The notes: generated from the sequence alone by a model not told the origin. Positions 10,398 through 20,854 are shown, numbered from the stretch's first letter. The stretch: DNA of 64,000 nucleotides from an uncultured Chloroflexia bacterium (GCA_963765765.1 CAVXYC010000014.1:160001-224000), one strand, 5' to 3'. Numbers and translations: made by a program.

Positions 10398-11135
10398 TCA
10401 GGGCGAAGGGAACTCGCTACTCGCTACTCGTTCGACCGATACGTCATCCATAGAATCGTTGAGCAGGCCCATCTCCATAGCTCGCACGGCCGCTTGCGTG
10501 CGGTCGGAGGCGTTGAGCTTGGCGATAATGTGCTCTACATGAGTCTTTACGGTGCTCACCTGAAGAGAGAGCGAGCGCGCGATCTCCGGATTTGTGAGTC
10601 CGCGCACCAGAAGCCTCAGCACGTCGCGCTCGCGCGGCGTCATCGACTCAGGGAGAAGCTTTGGCGCGGGCGGATCCTCACTCGCGAGGCGCTGAACTAA
10701 CCGCAATGCGACGTCGCCAGGCAACGACGTGTCGCCATGTGCCACATGCCGTACCGCCGTCACGATCTCCTGTTTGGCAGCGTCCTTGAGGAGATAGCCG
10801 GATGCGCCGGCCCGTACGGCTTCCAGGAGATAATCCGGGTTTTCAACGATCGTGACCATGATGACAGATGTGGCTGGGCACGTCTTCTTGATCGCTCGAG
10901 TCGCTCGCAGACCATCGATATCTGACATGCGAATGTCCATGAGCACGACGTCTGGTTTGAGCTTTCGTGCAAGCTGCATGGCCTTCCGTCCACTCGATGC
11001 CGTGCCCACAACCTCAAATCCCGGCTCGCTCTCCAGAATGCTCACCAACCCCGCGCGCGCAAGCTCGTGATCGTCCACCACGAGCAAACGAAGCGTCTCA
11101 ACACGAATCGGAGCAACTCGCGAACTCATAATCAT
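10398..11135 (-). CDS. NarL/LuxR-family response regulator
   Basis: VDDH, PDVVLMDIRM, GASGYLLKD, TPRERDVLRLL..GLTNPEIA...TVKTHV. Confidence 0.93.
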   Translation of the reverse strand: MIMSSRVAPIRVETLRLLVVDDHELARAGLVSILESEPGFEVVGTASSGRKAMQLARKLKPDVVLMDIRMSDIDGLRATRAIKKTCPATSVIMVTIVENPDYLLEAVRAGASGYLLKDAAKQEIVTAVRHVAHGDTSLPGDVALRLVQRLASEDPPAPKLLPESMTPRERDVLRLLVRGLTNPEIARSLSLQVSTVKTHVEHIIAKLNASDRTQAAVRAMEMGLLNDSMDDVSVERVASSEFPSP

Positions 11136-14100
11136 TTCCCCTGCGTAGACGGTTCCAGAGGAACGGTGACTGACACGCGCGACCCCTTGCCACGCCGGCT
11201 CTTGATCGTGAGCTGACCACCCATCCAGGAAACTCGCTCCTCCATGCCTCTCAGGCCGATCCGCTCTCGATCATCGATACGTTGACGAGCCTTCTTTGTG
11301 TCAAAGCCGCGGCCCCAATCCTGAATATCAAGCTGGATGCTGTTTACCTGGAGCGAAAGTCGCATCTCCACCCGCGTGGCGCCGGCGTGCTTACGCACGT
11401 TTGTGAGTGCCTCCCTGCCGATACTGAACAGCGTGGTCTCGACCTCTTGAGGGAAACGCCTTGATCCGAGATTCTCCTCGTAGGTCACCACATATCCATC
11501 GGCTTTGAGCGCTTCCATTTCCTGGCGCAACGCGGATGCGAGTCCAAGGTCGTCCAGGACTGTGGGTCGCAATCCGGCGATCACTCGTCGCGCCTCGCGT
11601 ACCGTCTGCTGGGCCGTCTGGCGAGCGGCATCGAGCTCATGGCGCCCCATCTCGGTCCGTGGTCGGTTACGCGCCGCGAATGCCTCGAGATGCTGATGCG
11701 TGGCCGCGGCCACCTGCGCTAGGCTGTCATGCACTTCATAGGCCACGCGGCGACGTTCTTCGTCCTGGGCTCGGAGGAGTTTGCCGACCAGCGTCTTCAT
11801 CTGTTGAGCGCGATCCGACAATTCCGCGTATAGCCGTGCGTTCTCAATGGCAATTGCTGCATGGTCGGCAAACAGGCACAGAAACTCAAGATCTTCCCTA
11901 CTGAAGGGCTCACCGTTGGTGGTCCGGCCAACGGTGATCACACCAATCAGACGCTCGTTGAAAACGATTGGGGCGGACATGACTGCTTGCATGTCGACTT
12001 GCTCCATTACGTATCCGAGTCGCCGGGGAAACCGCGGGTAATCGTTTTCGAAATCGCCCTTGCGAGATCGAGCCACCCGTCCACTCATCCCCTGGCCCAG
12101 TTTGATCATCCGCTGCGGGTCTGACTCTTTAAAGCCGAGGGCGATGCGTCTGCGCAGACCACGATTCGCCTCATCCCATTCGAAAATCACGCTGGTCTGG
12201 CAGTTGGCCAGCGCACGGGCCCGCTCGATCGTTAACTTCAGGACCGTCTCGATATCGAGCTCCCGAATGATGTCCGACGTCAAATCTCGAATCGCCTCGA
12301 GCTGCTGGCGTTCCCTCAGCTCTCGCTGGTAGAGCCGAGCGTTTTCAATGGCGATTGCCGCGTGATCGGCAAATAGACTGAGCAGCGCGAGCTCATCATT
12401 AGAGAACGGGTCTCCCTCGTCCACGCGAATGATGGTGATCACTCCGACGAGCCGGTCCTGATAAAGGATTGGCGCTGCCAGGGCGGCCTGGGCATAGAAC
12501 AACGCTCCGGCGCGAGGGAGGGCGTGCTCCCATTCCGGATAGTTGTTGACAATCACTCCCTCACGCCGGGCCGCCGCGATCCCCGATGCACCCTCACCGA
12601 GTTTGCGGCGACGCGTAAAGTCCCGGGCCAGCGGTACTGTCGTAGCGCTGGGCGCCAATGTCTGGGACACTTCATCCCACAGATAGACCCAACCAAAGGA
12701 TCCAGGGATGAGATCGATTGCTCGCTCAAACGTGAGCTGAAGCACACGCGCGAGATCGAGCTCGCGGGCGATCTCCGCGGCGATATCGCGAATGGCTTCC
12801 ACCTGACGTCGACGCTTCTGCTCCTGCTCGAAAAGACGCGCATTTTCTATAGCCACGGCCGCATGCTGGCCAAAGAGTCGGAGCGTCTCCTGATCCCGAT
12901 CCGTGAACGGCTGCCCGGGTTTGGTTCTGCCGATCCCGATCACGCCAATGAGGCGATCCTGGTAGAGAATTGGCTCTGCCATAAAGGCAACCGCGGGACC
13001 TGCCTTTTGGTATGACGGAAGTGGTTCCGGCCACTCGCGAGGGCCGTTTACCACGATACCGCGACGCACCTGGACGACCTTCCCAACAATGCCGACACCA
13101 GGCTTGAGTCGCATCCCGTCCAGTTCCGCAGCGGCAGCGGGCCAGGCGACCGGACGTATCTCTTGAACGTCCTCATCCCAGAGAAAGAGCGCACCACGGT
13201 CACCCTGGAAAAGTGCAGCCGCGCGCTGCCAGATGATGTTCAACACATTGGGTAGGTCAAGCTCTCGAGTGATCTCAGTTGAAATCTCTCTGAGCGCCTC
13301 GAGCTGGCGCAACCGCTCCTGTTCCCGCTCGAAGAGGCGTGCATGCTCAATGGCTACGGCCGCATGGTCGGCGAAGAGCTGCACCAGATCCTGCTGTCCG
13401 TTCGTAAATCCAGCCTGCCCGACCTCTCTGCTAAGGGTGATGACTCCGACAAGCTGCGACTGATACATCACCGGAGTAGAAAGCGCTGAGCCAAGTACGA
13501 GACGATCGATGAGTCTCGGCAGTGCATCTTCCCAGTGCTGGTAATCGTTCACGACGACGGTTCGACGCTCGAGGGCAGCAATTCCCGTGATTCCTTCGCC
13601 CAATTGGAGTGGTTGCGGGAGAGGCAAGCGGCCACCACGATGGGTGCTTCGTGGAATGAGACGCTGTGATGGCTCGTCCCAGATGTAAAGAATGCCGGTC
13701 GAGTCGTCTGCGATTTGAGCCACGCGACGGATGATGAGATCGAGCAGTCGCGAGAGGTCCAGCTCATTCGTAAGCTCAGCGGCCACTTCACGGACCGCAT
13801 CAAGCTGGCGGCGGCGACGCTGCTCCCGCTCGAGCAAGCGGGCGGAATCCATGGCCTGAGCCATCCGACGACCCAGCTCCTGGCCGAGAGCCGCGTCGTC
13901 CGCGTCATAACAGCGGCTGGGGTCATCAGTGAGAAATGTCAGCGTCCCGAGCATCTCCCCGCGTAGCTTGATGGGGACGGAGCAGCCACTCATTGCGGGC
14001 AGCAGATTGTCGCCGCTGGACTCATTGTTCGTTCCGTAGTAGATAGCGACGGTGCCAGAGTCCAGTGCCTTGCGGGGCAAATCCAACACCTCTCGTGAGT

Positions 14101-14735
14101 GACCACGGAAGGGCACTCAGTGCTTGTGTCATAGCCGCGTCTTGGTGCACCGCCACGATCTGAATCAGCTCACCATCGACGTCGACCACGTGAACGAGAC
14201 ACGAGGATCCCAATGTGGGCAAGGCGAGTCGGGCGAGCTCATCCAACGCCGCAACGTAATCACTGGTCGAGGTAAGCACCGTGCTAGCCGCGGTGAGAAG
14301 CGCAAGCCGCTCACTCGCTCGATGACCGTTGGGAACATCAAGAGCCGATTGCCTCGAGCCGATTACCGCGGAAACCGGCTCGAGCCGTAGCAGCACTTCG
14401 TCGAGATTAGCGAGTGGAGTACTGGTGATTCGGATGGGCAACTGCTCTCCATCCGATTTGCGCACCACCCAGGCTCCGGACCACTCCAGCGAACCTTCCC
14501 CATGAATCAGTCCAAGAACGTCAGCCGACTCAGAGGCCGATGTGAGTAAATCGCCGACGCGGCGGTCCACAAGATCCATCGTGCGAAAGCCGAGGAGCGC
14601 GCCGGCGGAACGATTGGCAAACGCACACGTTGCATCACACGCTCGCACGAGAAGAAGTGCGTCAGGCAGCGACTCGAGCGTAGCTCGAAAAAGCGACTCA
14701 GCCGCCTCACGCTCGAATGCGGTTGTCGTCGTCAC
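11132..14735 (-). CDS. Cytoplasmic sensor histidine kinase: PAS, five GAF domains, HisKA_3/HATPase (frameshift between 14022 and 14116)
   Basis: ORF 14022-14735 (PAS and start of GAF1) joins ORF 11132-14116 with repeated FADHAAIAIENARL GAF ends, EERRRVAYEVHD, EALTNVRKHA, DWGRGF, GLRGMEERV. Confidence 0.88.
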
Positions 14736-14821
14736 GATACCTGCTCAAACATCCAGATGCTCCACCCGGGGCAACCCGGAGACGTAGGGCATCGTAGCAC
14801 CGAGCGCGAGAATGTCAAGCG

Positions 14822-14908
14822 AGAGACGAGAGGTCAGAGGCTAGAGGTCAGGGATGTATAGAGTCATCTCAGTTTCTCCCTGACCTTAGCCTTTGACCTC
14901 TCGTCTCT
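14822..14908. repeat. Intergenic palindrome built from GAGGTCA/GAGGCTA heptamers
   Basis: AGAGACGAGAGGTCAGAGGCTAGAGGTCAGGGA ... TCCCTGACCTTAGCCTTTGACCTCTCGTCTCT; related copies at 24962 and 59703. Confidence 0.7.
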
Positions 14909-15758
14909 ATCGCCTCTTCCGTCGCCCGAGCAATCGCCGTGGCCAATGCTGGCTGCGGTGTGGGCGGCTCGAGGTTCACCGGCGCCGTACATAGTAAATG
15001 GCTCGTTGATCTCCGAGCACCAGACCCAGGTATCCTGCCAGCCTGGCTCCAAACGCCCGGGGCAGTCCTCACGGGCCGATGGCAGATTGAGTCGTAGGTG
15101 TGCAGCTCGTACCAGACCGTCAGTCGCTCCGACCCACAGCTCAATAACGCCATCGATGATCTGCATCTGAGTCGGTGTGGAGCTCGAATTAGTGACGGCG
15201 GGCGCGGGGGTGATCACGAGACTGCCGGTACCGGGGTCATTCCGCAGCTGGGGCTGTATTCCGCCGAGCGAGGGATAGATGCCAGTGATGTTGATGTTGA
15301 CGGACTGAGGCGTTGTTCCGACCGACGGGGACAATTGTCCGCTGGCGGAGGTCGGGGCGGGCTGACTCGGACCAAGTTGGTACGTGGCCGTCAGCGGATT
15401 GGGCGTTGGGATCTGCGAGACGACGAATACGTCCACGCGGCGAACGCGTTCGCCATCGATCTCTTCGGCATACTCGTTGGCCGAACGTCCAGTACCATCT
15501 TGTCGAGTGTCGGGAGGTTCATCACATCAAGCGGCGAGAGAAGGTCCCGAAGGTGAAGGGCGTTGCGGTGGCTGTAACAGTTGATGTGACTTGTACGGGA
15601 ATAGGCGTCGCCGTCTTTGTAGTTGGCACAGGCGTCGACGTGACCGTGGGGGGAGCGAAAGTAGGTGTGAGTGTCGGGGTTGCCGGTGTAAGCGTCAAAC
15701 CCCACGGCTGTGGGAGTGGACGTTTGTGCCATCGTGGGGAAATGCCGATTGGCAGCAT
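14864..15758 (-). CDS. Pro/Thr-rich hypothetical protein, split over three frames (frameshifted or decayed)
   Basis: ORFs 15522-15758, 15391-15732 and 14864-15436 join into TPATPTLTPT... followed by EEIDGERVRRV and ELWVGATDGLV; no convincing N-terminus. Confidence 0.4.
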
Positions 15759-15779
15759 CCGGTGCCAGCGGGCCGAAGC

Positions 15780-15902
15780 TCAGGTCAGCAGTCGCTTGGC
15801 CACCCAGAGTATTCCAATGATCACAACAACGGCCACGATCATCTCGATCGGACCACCGGCCCCAGGCATCCCCACGCCGCCGCTGCTACCTGCTGAAACC
15901 AT
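15780..15902 (-). CDS. Small single-TM peptide, 40 aa (MVSAGSSGGVGMPGAGGPIEMIVAVVVIIGILWVAKRLLT)
   Basis: Hydrophobic helix followed by a positive KR; below the ORF-track cutoff; weak RBS. Confidence 0.45.
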   Translation of the reverse strand: MVSAGSSGGVGMPGAGGPIEMIVAVVVIIGILWVAKRLLT

Positions 15903-15927
15903 GAGTCTCTTCTAATGTCTACAGAAT

Positions 15928-15954
15928 AAAAAAGAGGGGCCATCCGGCCCCTCT
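15928..15954 (-). terminator. Intrinsic terminator
   Basis: Minus strand AGAGGGGCC-GGAT-GGCCCCTCT followed by a T tract. Confidence 0.85.
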
Positions 15955-15958
15955 CGAT

Positions 15959-16111
15959 CAGTAAGCAATTCCGGTGCCTGCGTCGGTATTCGATCGCCTG
16001 GCGATCAATGTTCGCTGCCTGCTACTTACGCGGGCAAAGCGTCTTTCGTCCGACCTTGCAACCGGGGTGATAGCACCTGGGCCCCACCCTCGCAGAGCGG
16101 GGCCTTACCTG
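15959..16111 (-). ncRNA. Candidate structured RNA element of unknown family
   Basis: Nested stems GUAAG/CUUAC, GGCCCCGCUC/GGGUGGGGCC, GGUG/CACC, CCGGU-UGC-GUCGG/CCGAC-GCA-ACCGG, GAUCGC/GCGAUC; G-U wobbles work only on the minus strand. Confidence 0.55.
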
Positions 16112-16164
16112 TCGACTTGAAATCTCCTCAGCAGTACGATCAGACTTCTGCGTTGCATTCGCAT
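16105..16164 (-). CDS. 19-aa short ORF / possible leader peptide MRMQRRSLIVLLRRFQVDR
   Basis: GGGAGGAAT directly before ATG; downstream of a near-consensus sigma70 promoter. Confidence 0.5.
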   Translation of the reverse strand: MRMQRRSLIVLLRRFQVDR

Positions 16165-16208
16165 ATTCCTCCCATCTGCTGGTGTACAGGGATAACCCTG
16201 TTACTTTC

Positions 16209-16237
16209 ACTATACTCGCCATCCGGGGTGCACGCAA
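16209..16237 (-). promoter_or_regulatory. Sigma70-type promoter
   Basis: Minus strand TTGCGT-17 nt-TATAGT. Confidence 0.7.
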
Positions 16238-16326
16238 CACCCATGGGAGTGTCATTCACATCCAATCTCCTGAAGAGATTTGACAAGACCCTATCGCCTG
16301 TCTCGGAGCTCCGAGGCTGGCTAGTA

Positions 16327-16960
16327 GTGAACACTCCCCGGCGTTTCGGCACGGCGACTTCCGCTTGTTTGGACTGGACTGGCGTGCTCGGCAATTGGCG
16401 CGCAGTTTTCAACCGTGGCCATGACCTGGCAGGTCTACCAGCTCACTGGATCGCCGCTCCAAATTGGTCTCCGCGGACTCAGCTGAGCTATCCGGTAAAT
16501 GATGCTCTCGCTCCTAGGAGGTCGCTTCGCCGACGCGATCGGCCGGCGAAAGCTCCTGGCGATCAGTCATGGAGAGTCAATCACCCCCTGGCGCTTTACA
16601 TAGCCACCGCACTATCAGCCGTCTTTACCGCCCTGGAAACACCCATACGTAACGCACTCGTGCCGAATCTCGTTCCAGACGACGACCTGGCGAGCGCCAT
16701 GGCGCTCAACGTCTCGCAGCGCAACCTGGGTATCATTTGCCACGCCGGATGGGCTACGTGGCCGGGTGATCGGCATCAACAGCGTCTTCACCACCGGCGG
16801 GCCGCCCCGCGGCCAGTTTGAATCTGGTCTGGTGGCATCAATCTGGTCCACCGAGGTTTCCGCGCTAAGTGGCGGCGTGGGCACCGTGCTGCTTGCGCTC
16901 GGCATTGCGTCGTTACCTTTTGTTCGCAACTTCGAGCTCACTCACGGTAGCAGCCCGGCC
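16327..16960 (+). pseudogene. Decayed MFS transporter (MFS_3/EntS-like) with frameshifts and internal deletions
   Basis: Fragments in changing frames: AFRHGDFRLF, QFSTVAMTWQVYQLTGSPLQIGL, LLGGRFADAIGRRKLL, PIRNALVPNLVPDDDLASAMALN, GGPPRGQFESGLVAS; about half the usual length. Confidence 0.75.
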
Positions 16961-17038
16961 CCACACCGGGTCCCGCGGCGTGATGCAGTACAACTCCAGC
17001 TACACGGCCGCGCCCCCTGAGCCGACCTGATGATTTCT

Positions 17039-18001
17039 CTAATGAGCTGCCGTCGTTGGATCAGTCAACAACGCCAGAAACGCTTGGTCTGAGATGACCC
17101 TGCGCCGCTGAATGCGCGCCCGTCCCTGCAAGGCGCCGGGGATGAGTAGTACGCCATAGGCCAGGCCTCGCAGCGTAGCGCGAGCAGCCGCCCCTCGCCA
17201 GGCCTCCAGGGCCTCACCTGCTCGGTGCATCTGGGCGCGCAGAATGATGCCCAGAGATTGGCGAAGAACGAATGTGGGAAAGCCGCGGGCCATCAGCCGA
17301 ATGGAGTTCTTGGCCACATGGAAGCTCGCCAGCGGTCCGCCGCCGGTTTCGCTGCCAAGGTGGTTCACCCGAGCGCCTGGCACGTATTGGCAGCTCCAGC
17401 CTCTGAGCTGCGCCCGCAATCCCAGATCAACGTCTTCGAGGTATGAGCCATAGCCCTCATCAAGAAGACCCACGTCCTGGAGCATCGATCTTCGATATGC
17501 GGCGGCGCCGCCACATGCTGAAAAAACTGGGCCGGGCAGATCGTGCTGGCCACGATCCCACTCGCCCGCACCACGCTGCCTGGCGAGTCCGTTTCGTCCC
17601 AGGAGATCGCCTGCCGAATCCAGAACGGTCCCGTCGCGATTGAGCATTTTGGAGGCGCAAGAGCCTGCCCGCGAATCCGTTCCGAATCCCTCAATCAGAT
17701 GCAGCAGCCAGTCCGGGTGGGCCACCGCGTCGTTGTTCAACAGGCACAGGATCTCTCCTCGCGCCGCCCGAAGACCGGCGTTCGCATTGCCCGTGAAGCC
17801 TAGATTTCGTGGAAGGGCCAAAAGTCGCATGTCGGAATAGCTCGACGCCATCAGCTCTCGCGTGCCGTCAAGCGAGCCACCATCCACCACGAGAATCTCG
17901 CTTGAACGGTAGCTCTGCGCACGCAACGAATCCAGGCAGCTCTCGAGAAGGTGCCGCCCATTCCAGGTGGGGATGACAACGGAGACCAGTGGATCGTGCA
18001 C
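17039..18001 (-). CDS. Glycosyltransferase family 2 (WbbL/RfbF-like)
   Basis: VSVVIPTWNG, VVDGGSLDGT, NLGFTGNANAG, LLNND, YLEDVDLGLRA; probable GTG start at 18001; in frame with the upstream radical SAM C-terminus. Confidence 0.88.
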   Translation of the reverse strand: MHDPLVSVVIPTWNGRHLLESCLDSLRAQSYRSSEILVVDGGSLDGTRELMASSYSDMRLLALPRNLGFTGNANAGLRAARGEILCLLNNDAVAHPDWLLHLIEGFGTDSRAGSCASKMLNRDGTVLDSAGDLLGRNGLARQRGAGEWDRGQHDLPGPVFSACGGAAAYRRSMLQDVGLLDEGYGSYLEDVDLGLRAQLRGWSCQYVPGARVNHLGSETGGGPLASFHVAKNSIRLMARGFPTFVLRQSLGIILRAQMHRAGEALEAWRGAAARATLRGLAYGVLLIPGALQGRARIQRRRVISDQAFLALLTDPTTAAH

Positions 18002-18062
18002 GCGGGGTATCGAAATTAGCCTGATATGCCCATGCGCGGAGAGGAGATCAAGGGCGCCACTA

Positions 18063-18987
18063 TCATGCCAGAGAGGCAATGTAAGCTGAGGCCGACGATC
18101 CACCAGAGTCGTGACCCTGTCGCCGGCTCGGCCGCGCATCGCTTCAGCGGTTAAGCCATACTCGGCTTGAATTCGCCTTACCCGTCGATCAAGCTGGCTG
18201 TTGTAGTTCTCAGGCGCGTGGATTTGCACGTAGGCGCGTTCATATCGATCGCGAAGCTCCGGGAAGTCCCGCGCGATGAACCGAAAGTAATGTTCGCGAA
18301 CCGTCGCGCCCAGCCGCAATGTCGTGTAAGTAAAGAAGGCGGCACCGTGGTTTCGGGCTTCTCTGGCAACCGCTCCAATGGAGTCCGACGAATCCGTGAT
18401 GCCGGGGAGGATAGGCGCCAGGATGACGCCCGCCGGCACGCCGGCCAAGTTGAGCTGCTCCATAACATGGAGGCGCTTGAGCGGATTGGCGGTGCCGGGC
18501 TCAAGCACGCGCCAGAGGTCCTGATCAACGGTTGTAATGGTGAAGAAGATTCGGACCGTGGCGCTGGCCGCGATCTCACTGAGCAGGTCGATGTCGCGAA
18601 ACACCAGCGGTGACTTCGTCACAAGGCTCATCGGGTTGGCGAAAGTCGCGTAGTGTCTCCAGCTACACCACGCGTGAGGCCGAAGCGGCCCTCAGCGGGC
18701 TGGTATGGGTCAGTCGCGGTACCGAGTGCAATCAGGTCTGCTTTCCAGCTCGGCCGGCGCAACTCCTGGCGAAGCACTTCCGGGAAATTGCTCTTCACCA
18801 GGATGCGCGACTCGAAATCCGTGCCGCCATTCCCGTGCTCAGCAAGCTCGTAGTAGGCACGGGCGTAGCAATACTGACATGCATGCACACAGCCAACGTA
18901 CGGATTCAGCGACCATCGGAACGGCATGCCCTGCACTCTATTGAGCGCCGACTTGCATCGAATGGGAACATATTCCGCGCGCGCCAT
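18063..18987 (-). CDS. SplB/Rv2578c-like DNA-repair radical SAM protein (frameshift near 18630-18660; stop not seen)
   Basis: LNPYVGCVHACQYCYAR (CxxxCxxC), GTATDPYQPAE, TKSPLVFRDIDLL, LEPG, APILPGITD; ends with a QLTLPL clamp-binding-like motif. Confidence 0.88.
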
Positions 18988-18993
18988 TACGCC

Positions 18994-19022
18994 AGTATAG
19001 AACGAATGTTCGATCCATTCAA
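18994..19022 (-). promoter_or_regulatory. Sigma70 promoter with an overlapping LexA (SOS) box; leaderless start
   Basis: TTGAAT-17-TATACT, 6 nt before the ATG; GAAC-GAAT-GTTC at 19000-19011 lies in the spacer. Confidence 0.8.
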
Positions 19023-19152
19023 TGCACGGCGCGTACTAGATCTCATCGCTTTCCGCGGGCGCGCCGGCCTGGATACCGCTGAAATGCCGACGAGGCGGTC
19101 GCTGAATGGAAGCCCACTTGATTGCGCGCGGCTTTGCTAGACTTCGGCCACG

Positions 19153-19935
19153 ATGGCTCTCCCTACTTCAATAAACTTGTTGCCCGTTCCCAACATGCCG
19201 CTCATTACGCAGGGCGACGACCTGGCGCGCATTATGGTTGACTGCCTGGGCGAATCCGCCCAGCAGTTCGAGTCCGACGATGTGCTGGTCATCGCCCAGA
19301 AAGTCGTCTCGAAATCCGAGGGGCGATTGGTGGAGGTGGCCAGTGTGGAGCCGTCCGCCGCCGCCCTTGAGCTCAGCACCCGCTGTGACATGGATCCGCG
19401 CTTGATCGAGATCATCTTGCGAGAGAGCAAATCCGTGGTACGCGTTCGCAAGACACCGGGCATTCTCGTAGTGGAGCATCGCGGCGGTTTTATCTGTGCG
19501 AACGCCGGAGTAGATCGCTCCAATGTGGAACAGCCGGCGGAAGCGCATGAGGTGGTGGCGCTACTACCGGAAGATTCCGATGCTTCCGCCCGTCGGATTC
19601 GCGAGAGTATTGGCCGACTCACGGGCGCCGACATTGCCGTGATCGTGAACGACTCTCATGGGCGAGCATTCCGAAACGGCGTGATCGGCACGGCCATCGG
19701 AGTCGCCGGGCTGGAACCGGTCATAGAGGAGTTCGGCTGGCCCGACCTGTTCGGCTACGAGCTACAGCGTACAGCCGTGGGTCAAGCAGACGAGCTCGCC
19801 GCGGCAGCGTCCCTGATGATGGGTCAGAGCAATGAAGGCATCCCCGCGGTGATCATCCGAGGCGCACCCATCCATCGCGCCGAGGGCGGCATGGAAACCC
19901 TGATCCGAAGCCCCGAAACGGATATGTTTCGATAA
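19153..19935 (+). CDS. cofE: Coenzyme F420-0:L-glutamate ligase
   Basis: DVLVIAQKVVSKSEGR, CANAGVDRSN, LLPEDSDASA, DSHGRAFRNG, ADELAAAASLMMGQ. Confidence 0.93.
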   Translation: MALPTSINLLPVPNMPLITQGDDLARIMVDCLGESAQQFESDDVLVIAQKVVSKSEGRLVEVASVEPSAAALELSTRCDMDPRLIEIILRESKSVVRVRKTPGILVVEHRGGFICANAGVDRSNVEQPAEAHEVVALLPEDSDASARRIRESIGRLTGADIAVIVNDSHGRAFRNGVIGTAIGVAGLEPVIEEFGWPDLFGYELQRTAVGQADELAAAASLMMGQSNEGIPAVIIRGAPIHRAEGGMETLIRSPETDMFR

Positions 19936-20074
19936 AGCTTTGGATTTAGAGGCGCTCCCGCGGCCCTCACCCTAACCGTCTGCCAGAGGGCAGGGACTGA
20001 TCTAGACCGAGATCGCTGCTCCTGCTCCCTGCCGACCCCGAGCGACCCAGACGCATGAATCTGGGTAGCTTGAG

Positions 20075-20815
20075 CTAATCGGCGATCGACGCGGATAGTC
20101 GGTTCGCCGCTGCATTATCCAGCAGCCAGATGAGCTCACCGCTGGCTGGCGCCACGTGCGCCGCAGGAAATACCGGAGCTTTCTCCTCAATAACCGCGCG
20201 CACGGTTTCGGCCTTGTCAGCCCCGGCAACCAGGAACACCACCGTTCTAGCCGCGTTGATCACAGGGAGCGTCAACGAGAGCCGCTGGCTCGGACCCGCG
20301 GGGTTCATTGTGGGCGCCACCCAACGGTCCTCGATCTTCACGGCCCTCGTACCGGGAAAGAGCGATGCGGTATGCCCATCTGGGCCCATGCCCATCAACG
20401 CCAGATCCAAAGAGAAGGAGGCCCCTCGCCCGAAGAACGCGCTAAGCTCCCGCTGATATTCACGAGCGGCGCGCTCTGGATCATTGGGGATGAACGGCAT
20501 TGGGTGGAAGTTCTCTTCCAAAAGTGGGCTATTGGCCAGAAGCGTCTCGCGAATCATGCGCTGGTTACTCTCATCGTCGTCCGGAGGAACGAATCGCTCG
20601 TCCACAAGGAACACATGCAGGCGTGGCCAATCGATTCGCTCGCGCCAGGGATGGCGACCCAATTCGGCGTAGAGCTTTCGCGGCGTGGACCCACCTGAGA
20701 GCGCGATGGAGGCTCGCGGGCGATCAGGCCGTGCACGCTCCAGGACCTGAACGATCAGCTCGGCCGCGGCGGCGCTCAGCTTTTCCAAATCGTCATGAAC
20801 GCGAACGTCTGGCAT
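20075..20815 (-). CDS. pgl: 6-phosphogluconolactonase (DevB/Pgl)
   Basis: ALSGGSTP, DERFVPPDDDESN, MGMGPDGHTASLFP, RLSLTLPVIN. Confidence 0.92.
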   Translation of the reverse strand: MPDVRVHDDLEKLSAAAAELIVQVLERARPDRPRASIALSGGSTPRKLYAELGRHPWRERIDWPRLHVFLVDERFVPPDDDESNQRMIRETLLANSPLLEENFHPMPFIPNDPERAAREYQRELSAFFGRGASFSLDLALMGMGPDGHTASLFPGTRAVKIEDRWVAPTMNPAGPSQRLSLTLPVINAARTVVFLVAGADKAETVRAVIEEKAPVFPAAHVAPASGELIWLLDNAAANRLSASIAD

Positions 20816-20854
20816 TACTTCGCTCCCTCATTTCAAGTGTATCCGGCCGGATCG

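Noticed and set aside
15780-15782. TGA ending the 40-aa TM peptide is in frame with the downstream Pro/Thr ORF (possible Sec read-through)
   Set aside because: Not in a redox or Cys-type motif; the downstream hairpin loop (CCAAU) has no G; the intervening translation looks non-coding
16108-16131. CUGAGGA-stem-GACA on the minus strand resembles a hammerhead ribozyme core
   Set aside because: The conserved GAAA is GACA and stems I and III cannot be built
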